The notes: generated by a model from the sequence alone, not told the origin. Shown: positions 18,304-27,707, numbered from the stretch's first letter. The stretch is 64,000 nt of DNA from Candidatus Omnitrophota bacterium (GCA_003154195.1 PMCS01000005.1:9449-73448); one strand, 5' to 3'. Numbers and translations are program-made.

Positions 18304-19305
18304 TTAGAAAGAAAAAATCTTATTAAAATAACTTGTATAAAACATAACAATCCTATAGCCGATGTAAGCGGCGATGAATATATAAAGAAAAACCGGCACA
18401 ACCGTAACCATTACCGCTACGGCGACGGCATTTTCTTTTTCGCACAGGGACGCCATAGACCCAAGCATTTTATCGATACTGCCGCTCTTTTCTCCCGCCG
18501 TAATCATCCCGATCATATTCGCGCTAAACAGGCGGGTCGCGCTGAATGCTTCGCTTATGCCGCCTCCCCGCTCGATAACCGCTAACCCCCGGAGAATCGA
18601 TTTTTCCACAATACTATTGCCGCAAGCGCCGGCCGCAATCTTCCACCCCTCGATTATGGTTACCCCTGAAGCGCACAGGCATTCCAACGCGCGTACAAAA
18701 CGCGTGGCGACAAACCGGCGCGTTAACTTTCCCCATAACGGAACATTAACGCTAAACAAATCATAAATATTTTTAAACCGGGCCTGCTTAAAAACTTTGC
18801 GTATCCCGAATAACAAAAAAACTATACCATACAGCGGTAATAAAACTTTTAACAACTCGCGCAAATACCCGGCTAAGCCGCAAGTTACCAATGACGTTAT
18901 CGGCAAAACAAAAACGGCAATGTGCAGAAGCAGCACCGGATACGCCAAACCGAAAACAAGGGACTGAAACATCGAGTAGTCTTTTTCAAGATAATCGGCG
19001 ATACGGTTTAACCCATCAGCCAGCCTTCCGGCGGTTTCGCTGTAACGAACGATACTTATATGCCACGCGGGAGAAAAATCCGGCAAAGCGGAAAGCCCGT
19101 CCGCCAGAGTCCCGCCACGCGAGATATGGCGCTTAAGCCGCGCGGCAATATCCTTGATGCGTCCGTTTCCGTGGCCTTGTAAAATATCCATCGCGGCAAC
19201 GACATCAACGCCGGAAATCACCAGCGTCGCCAATTCGCGGTAAAAAACCATTAATATTTTTGTGCGGTTTAAAAACATCGCTTTTTGTTTTATCGTCAAG
19301 GGCAA
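18304..19305 (-). CDS. Type II secretion F / PilC family platform protein
   Basis: FYRELATLVISG, ETAGRL, LAYP, GEKSGSID; start uncertain. Confidence 0.88.
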   Translation of the reverse strand: MPLTIKQKAMFLNRTKILMVFYRELATLVISGVDVVAAMDILQGHGNGRIKDIAARLKRHISRGGTLADGLSALPDFSPAWHISIVRYSETAGRLADGLNRIADYLEKDYSMFQSLVFGLAYPVLLLHIAVFVLPITSLVTCGLAGYLRELLKVLLPLYGIVFLLFGIRKVFKQARFKNIYDLFSVNVPLWGKLTRRFVATRFVRALECLCASGVTIIEGWKIAAGACGNSIVEKSILRGLAVIERGGGISEAFSATRLFSANMIGMITAGEKSGSIDKMLGSMASLCEKENAVAVAVMVTVVPVFLYIFIAAYIGYRIVMFYTSYFNKIFSF

Positions 19306-19429
19306 GAAAATACTTATTTTCGGTATGAAATTTTTTACGCGGCAAAAAATAAATATCAGGTAAGATTCTGCGAGTTGGCGCTAAAAAAATAGTTATCCGA
19401 CAATTGGTTACACCCTGCCGCCAAACTTA

Positions 19430-20128
19430 TCAATTGCCGAGAGGGCCGAATGTTCCGCCGAAATCCGCGCCAAGGTCGTCGACGTGCGGCAAATTATTGT
19501 TCTGCAAGGACTCCCGGCAAAACTTTTGAACCAGATCCTTATCTCCCCGCGTAAGCAAAAATTCAATCCTCCCCGCGATCTTCTCCTGCTCTCTTTCGAA
19601 AACAGCATCGATAAGCAAAATAAATACCTTGCCGCAATTGCTAATCGACTTTAAGATTTCGTCTGATGAACCCACTGTTAAATCAGGAGGAGAAGGAACG
19701 ATTATCGTCCTCAAAAATACGCTTAACGCGGTTACGTAAGCGCTTAACACAATGTTGCCGATTTCCTTGAGCGCGGACATACCTAGCTCCGTAAGCGTCG
19801 TTCCTTCCGATAGATGGTAGCCGGGATAGCAGATACTCATAAACTTAGCGGCACTGTCGCTATCAAAGGTTAAAAGAAGTTTGCCGTTTAAACCGGAGAG
19901 GATATCGCACTGCACGCTTACAAAACTATCATGCTTGCCGCGATAAGCGCGTAAAAGATTATCGTCGTGAAAAGGTAAAATCGAAGGCATTAAAACCTTG
20001 ATTTCTTTATTAAGCATTTTCGTAAGCGCGTTTGTGCTGTAGTTAGCGGCAACGCTTCCTATTTCTTTCAGAATATCTAATTCCATCATGCCCCAATCTT
20101 CCATCTTAATCCCCCTATATCTTGACAA
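19430..20128 (-). CDS. cheC: CheC family chemotaxis phosphatase
   Basis: DILKEIGSV and SALKEIGNI motifs, PSPP. Confidence 0.8.
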   Translation of the reverse strand: MSRYRGIKMEDWGMMELDILKEIGSVAANYSTNALTKMLNKEIKVLMPSILPFHDDNLLRAYRGKHDSFVSVQCDILSGLNGKLLLTFDSDSAAKFMSICYPGYHLSEGTTLTELGMSALKEIGNIVLSAYVTALSVFLRTIIVPSPPDLTVGSSDEILKSISNCGKVFILLIDAVFEREQEKIAGRIEFLLTRGDKDLVQKFCRESLQNNNLPHVDDLGADFGGTFGPLGN

Positions 20129-20322
20129 AGGTTCTGTAAAAAACGAACCACAGAGTTCACAGAGAAATCGGCAAATTTACCGAATTAGAAAAACCGATTG
20201 TTTTTATTTTACCTCTATCCGGCGAAACAAACAAGCAGAAAATTTTTGCAGGAGAAAACGGTCATTAATAAAAAATGCCTCGACACAGCTGCGAGGCAAG
20301 ATTTTTTTACGATAGCTTGAAG

Positions 20323-20397
20323 CTAACCGAAAAAATGCCTGCCTGCTGCCGCACTCGACCCTGGCCAATAGCAGGCATAACGCATTTTTCCGGTTAG
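20323..20397. mobile_element. MITE-like CTAACCG...CGGTTAG element (short copy)
   Basis: ctaaccgaaaaaatgcctgcctgc...gcaggcataacgcatttttccggttag. Confidence 0.65.
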
Positions 20398-20427
20398 AAA
20401 ATATATTTTTGAACAAAAAGATTGGTT

Positions 20428-20706
20428 CTACCCGGCCATCCGGTCAAACTCTTCGATACTGATCGCCGGAGAAGTGGTAAAGCCGATACCGGTTAACCTG
20501 GTAACCGCTATTGACGCCTTCATCGCCTCTGCGGTTCCGGGAAAATCCACGATAAACGCCAGGTCATACTTTCCTAAAACAGCATACATCGCGCTGACCT
20601 TACCGCCCGCCTTTTCCATCGTCTCAACGGCCTTCTTGGTGCGGTCAGCGGCAATACCCTTAACTGCTTCTGCCGAGTATCTACCGAGCATAATAAATTT
20701 TGCCAT
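20428..20706 (-). CDS. GYD domain protein
   Basis: LGKYD motif, ~92 aa, RBS AGGAGG. Confidence 0.85.
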   Translation of the reverse strand: MAKFIMLGRYSAEAVKGIAADRTKKAVETMEKAGGKVSAMYAVLGKYDLAFIVDFPGTAEAMKASIAVTRLTGIGFTTSPAISIEEFDRMAG

Positions 20707-20802
20707 ACCGGTTCACCTCCTTTAATGAGCAGATGATTTATGAAATTTTACCAAATTTCATAAATCATAGTTCCGCCTGCAGGCGGAACGTCTGCGAATT
20801 AA

Positions 20803-20914
20803 ACCCCGCCTTTTTGGCGCTATCGGTAAATTAAACTTTTCTTTATAAGAATAACCGACCTACAATAACAGCAAACCGCTTTCCCACCTAAGCGCCCAGC
20901 CAAAAAGGCGGGGT
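20803..20914. mobile_element. MITE-like element with perfect 16-bp TIR ACCCCGCCTTTTTGGC
   Basis: accccgcctttttggc ... gccaaaaaggcggggt. Confidence 0.65.
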
Positions 20915-21026
20915 ATCTACCTCTTATGCCATTATTATAAAAATCATCCTATAATACTGCCCTTGCCACATTATTTCAAGATAAAAACCGCCGATCCCAC
21001 GCGTAAAATTTTCCGGATTTTTACGA

Positions 21027-21944
21027 TTAACGATTAATTGCCTTAAGCAGTTCAACGTTTGTCGGGTATTTCTGCAACAATTCAATCAGCCTCTGCATCG
21101 CTTCCACCGGGCTCAGTTCCGCCAGGCCGCGGCGCAAAAGCTCCAGTTTCTTAAATTCTTCCACGGAGAATAACAGCTCGGCTTTACGCGTATTACTTTT
21201 GGGTATATCAATCGCGGGAAATATCCGCCGCGCTCCCAGCTCTTTGGATAAAACAATTTCCATATTGCCCGTTCCCTTGAATTCTTCAAAGATAACTTCA
21301 TCCATGCGGCTGCCGGTATCGACCAGAATCGTCGCCAGGATGGCGATTGAACCTCCCCCCTGGATATTCCTTGCCGCGCCAAAGATCCGGCGCGGTATTT
21401 CCAACGCCCCGGCGTCCACCCCGCCGGAAAGCGTCCTGCCGCTGGCGCGGCTCTGGGAATTATGCACCCGCGCCAGGCGGGTAAGGGAATCGATTAAAAT
21501 CATCACGTCTTTTCCTTCCGCCGCTTCTTTGAAAGCTTCATTCATCGCTTTATCCGCGACCGCCACATGATTATCGTAAGCCTGGTCCATCGACGACCAA
21601 TATACTGTGGCATTAACCCCGCGCCGGAAATCAGTCACCTCTTCCGGACGTTCATCGATCAACAAACAATAAATCTTCATCTCCGGACAGCTTTTAGCCG
21701 TCGCGTGGCAGATATGCTTGAGAAAAGTCGTCTTGCCTAAGCCAGGAGAAGAAACAATCAGGCCGCGCTGGCCTTTACCAATAGGACAAATCAAATCCAT
21801 CGCGCGGACAGTTAATTCTTTGCTCCCGTTTTCAAGGATTATGCGCGGATAGGGGTCGATTGCCGTTCCGGAAAGAAATTGTTTCTCCTGGGGAGTAGCG
21901 GCGCGACGCGGCGCGTAGGAAAATAAAGGGTATTTGGAAATCAT
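21027..21944 (-). CDS. rho: Transcription termination factor Rho, short form lacking the N-terminal RNA-binding domain
   Basis: PIGKGQRGLI, GKTT, LIDERPEEVTD, DSLTRLAR, LSGGVD, FKGTGNME. Confidence 0.9.
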   Translation of the reverse strand: MISKYPLFSYAPRRAATPQEKQFLSGTAIDPYPRIILENGSKELTVRAMDLICPIGKGQRGLIVSSPGLGKTTFLKHICHATAKSCPEMKIYCLLIDERPEEVTDFRRGVNATVYWSSMDQAYDNHVAVADKAMNEAFKEAAEGKDVMILIDSLTRLARVHNSQSRASGRTLSGGVDAGALEIPRRIFGAARNIQGGGSIAILATILVDTGSRMDEVIFEEFKGTGNMEIVLSKELGARRIFPAIDIPKSNTRKAELLFSVEEFKKLELLRRGLAELSPVEAMQRLIELLQKYPTNVELLKAINR

Positions 21945-22086
21945 GGTTTTATTTTTGTAACGAGAGGGGAAACCGGTAAATTTCGCTATCTCGCGGCTTT
22001 TACTTTCTGCTTAAAACATTATAGCAAAATATAAGCGTCAAGGGAAAGGAAAACATAAAATATTTAAGCGCACTTTAAAAAACTAT

Positions 22087-22114
22087 TTGCGGGGGCAAGT
22101 ATTTATGCTATAAT
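22087..22114 (+). promoter_or_regulatory. Probable promoter of tRNA-Asn
   Basis: TTGCGG-N16-TATAAT with extended TG. Confidence 0.5.
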
Positions 22115-22265
22115 TCTTTCGGTTTTCATATTTATTTTTGCTGCGCAGAAAATAAATATTGTCCGCTTCGCGGATAAAAAATAATAAGACTAACCCGGAA
22201 AATTTTCGCCTTTGCCTAAAAAAACCGGGACTATTAATTTAAATTGTTCTTAAAGTTGAAACTAT

Positions 22266-22342
22266 TCCCTGGTAGCTCAGTTGGTATGAGCAGCTGACTG
22301 TTAATCAGCGGGCCGCAGGTTCGAGCCCTGCCCAGGGAGCCA
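22266..22342 (+). tRNA. tRNA-Asn(GTT)
   Basis: TCCCTGG/CCAGGGA acceptor stem, GCTGA-CTGTTAA-TCAGC anticodon arm, GGTTCGAG T-loop, encoded CCA. Confidence 0.96.
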
Positions 22343-22350
22343 GTATTCAT

Positions 22351-22382
22351 AAAAAACCCACCATTTTATTGGTGGGTTTTTT
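22351..22382. terminator. Bidirectional intrinsic terminator
   Basis: aaaaaacccacca-tttta-ttggtgggtttttt between the convergent tRNA and DJ-1 genes. Confidence 0.8.
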
Positions 22383-22427
22383 GTTTTGGTTGATATAATT
22401 TATCGTAGATTGCCGGCGTAAAAATCG

Positions 22428-22979
22428 CTAAGCGAGAACAATCGCTTTACTTACCTTTTCCGCTTCTTTTTTCCCGCAAAGTTTTTCCACAATGCTCAGG
22501 GCGAATTCTATCGATGTCCCCGCGCCGCGGCTGGTAATAAGATTGCCGTCAACCACCACATTTCGCGCCTGGAATTTAGTTTCACTCCCGAACGCGTCCT
22601 CCATGCCGGGAAAACAAGTGGCCGTCTTTCCTTTTAATATACCGGTAGGCGCTAAAACAACTGCCGGCGAGGCGCAGATCGCCGCGATAACCTTGCCACT
22701 TTTGTTCATATCGACAATTACGGTTTTCAACGCGGATGAAGCGGCAAGATTTTTCGCGCCCGCCCCGCCTCCGGGAAGGACTAAGGCGTCAAAATTCAAA
22801 TCCGTCTCATTAAACTTCTTATCGGCAATGACATTGACGCCACGGCTGCTCTTTACTTTTATATCGGCCAATCCGGCAACCGTCACCTCAATTTGCGCCC
22901 GGCGCAGGATATCGATCGGCGCCATCGCCTCGATTTCTTCAAATCCGTCAGCAAGTATGACCAGTGCTTTTTTTGGCAT
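22428..22979 (-). CDS. DJ-1/PfpI (YajL/ThiJ-like) protein
   Basis: GFEEIE, LPGG, AAICASP, TSRG. Confidence 0.92.
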   Translation of the reverse strand: MPKKALVILADGFEEIEAMAPIDILRRAQIEVTVAGLADIKVKSSRGVNVIADKKFNETDLNFDALVLPGGGAGAKNLAASSALKTVIVDMNKSGKVIAAICASPAVVLAPTGILKGKTATCFPGMEDAFGSETKFQARNVVVDGNLITSRGAGTSIEFALSIVEKLCGKKEAEKVSKAIVLA

Positions 22980-23095
22980 AGTATTTTTAAAGTTACAAAA
23001 ATCAGTCAATATTTCCTAAAGTTACTGGATTCTTTTGCACCATCAAAAAAAACGTTAATTAACCTCGAGCAATACCAAATAATATTAAATAAAAG

Positions 23096-23294
23096 CAACC
23101 CGCAAGGTGCGCTTGGAGCAGGCAAAGAGCGGCAAATATTTGCCGCTAAAATGATTGCAAAAAACGCAGGCATACTCAAAGAGTATGTCGAGGTTCACCT
23201 AAAGGCGAAATCTCGCCTACGGCGGACTTTTTGCAACATTTGCAGCGCAAAGAGTTGCCGCTATTTGCCGCGAGCAAGCGCATTTTGCGGGTTG
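23096..23294. mobile_element. ~200-bp long-arm inverted-repeat element (MITE-like)
   Basis: caacccgcaaggtgcgcttg...ggcaaagagcggcaa...ttgcaaaaa paired with tttttgcaa...ttgccgctatttgcc...caagcgcattttgcgggttg. Confidence 0.7.
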
Positions 23295-23891
23295 TCACAC
23301 AAGCCTTCTCTCCACCAGCGCTTTGCCCAGAGTCACCGAATCGATATACTCGATCTGCGTGCCCAGGGGAATGCCGATGGCGATGCGATAAATTTTAACT
23401 TTATACGGCGAAATCTTCTCAATCAAGTACTGCGCGGTCAATTCGCCTTCATTATCGGGATCGGTAGAGATGATGACTTCGCTGACCTCGCCTTTTTCTA
23501 AACGGCTGATCAACTTCCCGAGATTAAGCTCTTCGCCGTAGACTCCCTCTAAAGGAGAGATGCGGCCAAGTAAAACATAATAAATACCGTTATAGGAAGA
23601 AGTTTTTTCGATTGCCATGATATCTTTCGGTTCTTCGACAATGCATACCACGTCTTTATCGCGCTTAACATCGGCGCAGATATGGCAGGCATCGCCGCTT
23701 GAAAAATTATTGCATATACGGCACGGCTTAATATGATTATGTAATTCTTCCATTTTTACCGCCAGATCCTTGACCTGCGACAGCGGCATCTTCAATAGAT
23801 AATAGGCCATCCTCTCGGCGCTGCGCCTGCCCACGCCGGGGAATTTCGTAAAGGCATTGACTAAATCGGTAAAAGCTTTGTTAAAACTCAT
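23295..23891 (-). CDS. recR: Recombination protein RecR
   Basis: PGVGRRSAER, C4 zinc finger, TOPRIM EGELTA. Confidence 0.95.
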   Translation of the reverse strand: MSFNKAFTDLVNAFTKFPGVGRRSAERMAYYLLKMPLSQVKDLAVKMEELHNHIKPCRICNNFSSGDACHICADVKRDKDVVCIVEEPKDIMAIEKTSSYNGIYYVLLGRISPLEGVYGEELNLGKLISRLEKGEVSEVIISTDPDNEGELTAQYLIEKISPYKVKIYRIAIGIPLGTQIEYIDSVTLGKALVERRLV

Positions 23892-23900
23892 GTTGTTAAA

Positions 23901-24020
23901 CTGGGTTAGGGTAAAGATGAGGAAGCCAGTATGGGTTATGGCTAAGGTTAAGGCTGAAAATTTGTATCAGCCATGGCCCTTGCCCTTACCCAAACCGGCC
24001 GCTTAACCCTGGCCATAGCC
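23901..24020. repeat. Hexamer-repeat fold-back element, copy B
   Basis: ctgggttagggtaaag...gaagccagtatggg...gctgaaaatttgtatcagc...cccaaaccggc. Confidence 0.85.
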
Positions 24021-25780
24021 TAATCATTTTCCACATCCAGTTTCCCGCCAAAAGTATCCAGAAGGTCGTTGATAAAATCATTACTTTTCTCATTATCGGC
24101 GCCGGAATCGGCAGATACCCCGCCGCCTTCCGAACCCTGGGTTTTATGCCCGGCGCCGGAAACCGGAATATTCGTGTTTGCCGTAGAAACCGCCAGAGCC
24201 TTATCGACCAGAATAAATTTAATCCCCGCCGGTTTATTCAAAATATGGGCGACTACCCCTTCGATAAATTTAAGATTTTTGCTGCTCTCCACGATTTCTT
24301 TATGAAAGTAATCATTCTTATGGAAAGCGATTCTTATTAAAGAACCTTGCGACGATACCGGCAGAGAATACGACAGATGCGAAGCAATCGCTGCCCTTAC
24401 TTTTTGTATATGTGAAAGAATCTCCTGCCATTTTGCCTTAACCTGACTGAACAACAAATCATCGCTTGCCCGGCTATCTTCATCTTTAGCCGGCGAAGAT
24501 GCGTCGCTTACGCCGGACGCATCATCTTCATCCGGGACAAGCGCATCAATCTCTTTGCTCAGTTGTTCTTCCGTATCCAAATTTACGGCAGCGGCCGCTT
24601 TCCCCTGGGGAACCGAAATTTTATTGGCCGGCGCCGGATTCTGCGGCTTAACCGGCGGCACGGCGGCCTGAACCGGCAAAGCATCTTTACTCTTATCGTA
24701 TAAAAATTTAATCACCGCCAACTCTAAAGGAATCCGGACGGTATTTAATTTCGCGGAATGCTCTTTTGCCTCGAGCAATAAATCAATTACCAGCAAAATC
24801 CGGCCGGCGGTAATGCCCGCGCTTATTTTGCCGAGCAATTCTTTGCTTTGCGGCGACACTTCAGCCAACTCCGTAAAAGTCCGGGGGCTTACTTTGCAAA
24901 GCAGGAGATTCCTTAAATGCTCTACGAGCGAAGATAAAAATATCGCCAGGTCTTTGCCGTCCCGGGACAATCGGTCGATAAGCGAAAGGAGCGGCGTCAA
25001 ATCTTTCTGAATGATAAAGTTAACTGCGTTATTTAAAATATCTTCATCAATGATCCCCAGAAAGGAAAAAATATCGCCCAGGGGCTTTTTTTCCATAACC
25101 AGCGGCATAAGCTGGTCCAGCAAAGACTCGGCGTCACGGATACTTCCGCCGCCGGCGCGGGCAATCGCGTAAAGCAGGTTTTCCTCGATTTTCACGTTTT
25201 CCGCTTCGGTTATTTTTTTAAGTTTAGCGGCAATCTTTTCCTGGGCAACGAGGTTGAATTGAAACTTCTGGCACCGCGACAGAATAGTCGGCAGAACTTT
25301 ATGCGGATGGGTAGTGGCAAAAATAAATTTAACGTGCGGCGGCGGCTCTTCCAGGGTTTTAAGCAGGGCGTTAAACGCCTCCTGGGTAAGCATATGGACT
25401 TCGTCAATGATGTAAATTTTGTAGCGCGAACGCGCCGGCGAAAGCTTGATGCTTTCGATTAAAACCCTTACTTCATCGATCCCGCGGTTGGAAGCGCCGT
25501 CAATCTCAATGATATCCAGCGACGACGCGCGAATAATTTCCGTACAACTCAAACACTGGCCGCAAGGCTTAACGGACGGGCCCTTCTCGCAATTTAATGA
25601 TTTCGCAAAGATCCGGGCGACGGAAGTCTTGCCGATTCCCCGCGGCCCGCTGAAAAGATAAGCATGATGCACGCGCTCTTTTAGAATAGCGTTTTTTAAC
25701 GCAGTAGTAACGTGCTCCTGGCCGACGACATCGTCGAAACATTGGGGGCGATACTTTAAGGCTAACGCTTTATATTCCAT
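24020..25780 (-). CDS. dnaX: DNA polymerase III subunit gamma/tau
   Basis: KYRPQ.F.DVVGQ, GPRGIGKT, IDEVHML, SRC; start MEYKAL chosen because the upstream extension is palindromic repeat. Confidence 0.95.
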   Translation of the reverse strand: MEYKALALKYRPQCFDDVVGQEHVTTALKNAILKERVHHAYLFSGPRGIGKTSVARIFAKSLNCEKGPSVKPCGQCLSCTEIIRASSLDIIEIDGASNRGIDEVRVLIESIKLSPARSRYKIYIIDEVHMLTQEAFNALLKTLEEPPPHVKFIFATTHPHKVLPTILSRCQKFQFNLVAQEKIAAKLKKITEAENVKIEENLLYAIARAGGGSIRDAESLLDQLMPLVMEKKPLGDIFSFLGIIDEDILNNAVNFIIQKDLTPLLSLIDRLSRDGKDLAIFLSSLVEHLRNLLLCKVSPRTFTELAEVSPQSKELLGKISAGITAGRILLVIDLLLEAKEHSAKLNTVRIPLELAVIKFLYDKSKDALPVQAAVPPVKPQNPAPANKISVPQGKAAAAVNLDTEEQLSKEIDALVPDEDDASGVSDASSPAKDEDSRASDDLLFSQVKAKWQEILSHIQKVRAAIASHLSYSLPVSSQGSLIRIAFHKNDYFHKEIVESSKNLKFIEGVVAHILNKPAGIKFILVDKALAVSTANTNIPVSGAGHKTQGSEGGGVSADSGADNEKSNDFINDLLDTFGGKLDVEND

Positions 25781-25979
25781 ATATTTTTTTGCTCCGCAAA
25801 AAAAATATCCGTTATCCGCTTCGCGGATGAAAAACAAAATTCCGGTATTTCTTGCGCAATATTTTGCTTAACCGGATAAACCAAAATTCTGGGGATAATC
25901 CAATTAAAAGTTTTTATTGTTTTATTGCTTCCCTCTCCCTTCATCATTCGGTCTTCGGTCATCGGTTATTCTAATGCGG

Positions 25980-26288
25980 CTACATCGACCGCAGCCTCAT
26001 CGCCCAATCAAATAAAGTCCGGATTAAAAAATCTTTTAAAAACCAAATCGCTAAAAACGCGATTATCGGCGATATGTCAATACCCATCTTAAGGCTAAAG
26101 GGCAGAATCCGCCTTATCGGTTCCAGAATCGGCTCCGTCACCTGGTATAAGAATTTTACGATTGGATTGTACGGATCAGGACTGACCCAGCTCAGCAGGG
26201 CGCGGATTAGAATAATCCAGTAGAATACCGTTAATACCGTGTTTAGTATACTCGCCAGCGCTGAGATGAAATTTGCCAAAATAAACAT
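25980..26288 (-). CDS. yggT: YggT family membrane protein
   Basis: LLSWVSPDPYNP, TEPIL.PIRR, DISP. Confidence 0.9.
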   Translation of the reverse strand: MFILANFISALASILNTVLTVFYWIILIRALLSWVSPDPYNPIVKFLYQVTEPILEPIRRILPFSLKMGIDISPIIAFLAIWFLKDFLIRTLFDWAMRLRSM

Positions 26289-26297
26289 ATTATTAAA

Positions 26298-26417
26298 CTG
26301 GGTCAGGGTAATGGCAAGGATGCCAGTATGGGTTATGGCTAAGGTTAAGGCTGTAAATTCGTATCAGCCCTAGCCTTTACCTTCACCCAAACCGGCTTCG
26401 TAACCTTAACCGTAACC
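26298..26417. repeat. Hexamer-repeat fold-back element, copy C
   Basis: gatgccagtatggg...gctgtaaattcgtatcagc...cccaaaccggcttc. Confidence 0.85.
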
Positions 26418-26427
26418 ATATATTTTA

Positions 26428-27333
26428 TCAGGAACTCTGCCGGTACAACTTATAAACCGCATAAGAAATATAAGCGATGAACTTTTTTGCTTTCCCATAG
26501 TTTCTTACGTCTTTGGTCAAAACGCAGATGATAAAATCTCCCCGGCCGGAAAAAATAATCCCGGCGTCATGGACAACCCCCCGCTCCAGGCCGGTTTTAT
26601 GCGCCACGATAACTCCGTAAGGCAGATAACGCGGGATGCGGTCTTTCATCGTTTGTCTTTTTAACAGCGCGAGCATAAACATGGAAGACTTCTTATCGAT
26701 AAGGTTAAAACTATAAATCTTTTCTAAAAGAGATGCTATCTCGTAAGTCGTGGTAAAATTATCGAACCCTTTTTTTCTTTGAGAAAAGTCCATCATCGGA
26801 CGGACAAGCGCCGTTTTATTTAACCCCAACCCCTTAAAGACGCCGTTGATGTAATCGTAGCCTAAAATATCGATGACTTTGTTAGCCGCGGTATTATCGC
26901 TCTCGGTAATCATCAAATATAGTAATTTCTTGAAGGTTATGCTGATGGGAAGGCGCAGGCGCTTAAGCAAACCGGAACCGCCGGCGATATCACCCCGGCG
27001 GATGACTATCACGTCATTCAGCTTTACCTTGCCTTCCCTGACTGCGTTCATGCTGACGGCCAGAATGGGAAGTTTTATTAAACTCGCCGCGGGAAATAAT
27101 TCATTATCGTTATGGACTACTTCCAAAGACGGCCGTCTCAAGTCCCGGATTACAATCGAATAATTGCCGCGGAAACGGCGGGAAAGATAAGACAATTGGA
27201 CCCTTAAGCGCTGGTATAGCTTCGCGCTCTGGCCATAAGAAGATGCTTCGGCGGCCTTAAAATAAATCCCGCCGGCAAGCGAAACAATCAAGAGCGAAAC
27301 AAGCGGAATAAAAATATATCGTCTTTTCATCAT
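26428..27333 (-). CDS. Class A beta-lactamase-like serine hydrolase
   Basis: ASLIK (SxxK), SDN, HKTG. Confidence 0.88.
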   Translation of the reverse strand: MMKRRYIFIPLVSLLIVSLAGGIYFKAAEASSYGQSAKLYQRLRVQLSYLSRRFRGNYSIVIRDLRRPSLEVVHNDNELFPAASLIKLPILAVSMNAVREGKVKLNDVIVIRRGDIAGGSGLLKRLRLPISITFKKLLYLMITESDNTAANKVIDILGYDYINGVFKGLGLNKTALVRPMMDFSQRKKGFDNFTTTYEIASLLEKIYSFNLIDKKSSMFMLALLKRQTMKDRIPRYLPYGVIVAHKTGLERGVVHDAGIIFSGRGDFIICVLTKDVRNYGKAKKFIAYISYAVYKLYRQSS

Positions 27334-27440
27334 TAGAGATCTTTATACGGCTCTTTCAATACCTTTATCACACAAAAAAGACAAAGGCCGACGATTAAAC
27401 CCCAGGAAAAAATTAAAAATATCCAACCAGAAATGGTCAT
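27333..27440 (-). CDS. Small membrane protein (35 aa), probable NSS-transporter small subunit
   Basis: Manual translation MTISGWIFLIFSWGLIVGLCLFCVIKVLKEPYKDL*; TAATG coupling to the next gene; lies downstream of the NSS transporter. Confidence 0.65.
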   Translation of the reverse strand: MTISGWIFLIFSWGLIVGLCLFCVIKVLKEPYKDL

Positions 27441-27451
27441 ATTATTAAAAA

Positions 27452-27560
27452 CTAGTGCACTGTCAAATTAATTTTTACTGGTATCACTTCAGGAAAAATT
27501 AATTTCTACATGCACTTGTACCGCGCACCACTATTAAAAATTAAGTTGACGCGGTGCTAG
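27452..27560. mobile_element. MITE with CTAG ends and ~26-bp imperfect TIR
   Basis: ctagtgcactgtcaaattaattttta ... taaaaattaagttgacgcggtgctag. Confidence 0.7.
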
Positions 27561-27707
27561 GTTAGGGCAATGGTAAAGAAGCCTGTATAGACTATGGCCA
27601 AGTAAAGGCTAAAAAATTGTTTTAAGCCCTTACCTTTACTCATACCGGCTTCCTCACCCTAACCTTAACCGATTACTATTACCGGCTTCCTAACCCTGAC
27701 CTTAGCC
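27560..27707. repeat. Hexamer-repeat fold-back element, copy D; contains the transporter stop codon
   Basis: ggttagggcaatggtaaagaagcctgtata...taccggcttcctaaccctgaccttagcc. Confidence 0.8.

Noticed and set aside
22893-23501. 202-aa plus-strand ORF
   Set aside because: It overlaps the DJ-1 gene and recR antisense and crosses an inverted-repeat element; no protein motifs.
25781-25837. N-terminal ORF extensions of dnaX, and similarly of 9194, 11710, 27702, 29724, 32604, 46763, 48537, 50952 and 55160
   Set aside because: The extensions run through repeats or overlap upstream genes; downstream ATGs with an RBS, translational coupling or family-typical N-termini were preferred.
26428-27333. Bona fide antibiotic-resistance beta-lactamase
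   Set aside because: SxxK, SDN and KTG are present but no clear Glu166-type omega-loop motif; more likely a peptidoglycan-related serine hydrolase.
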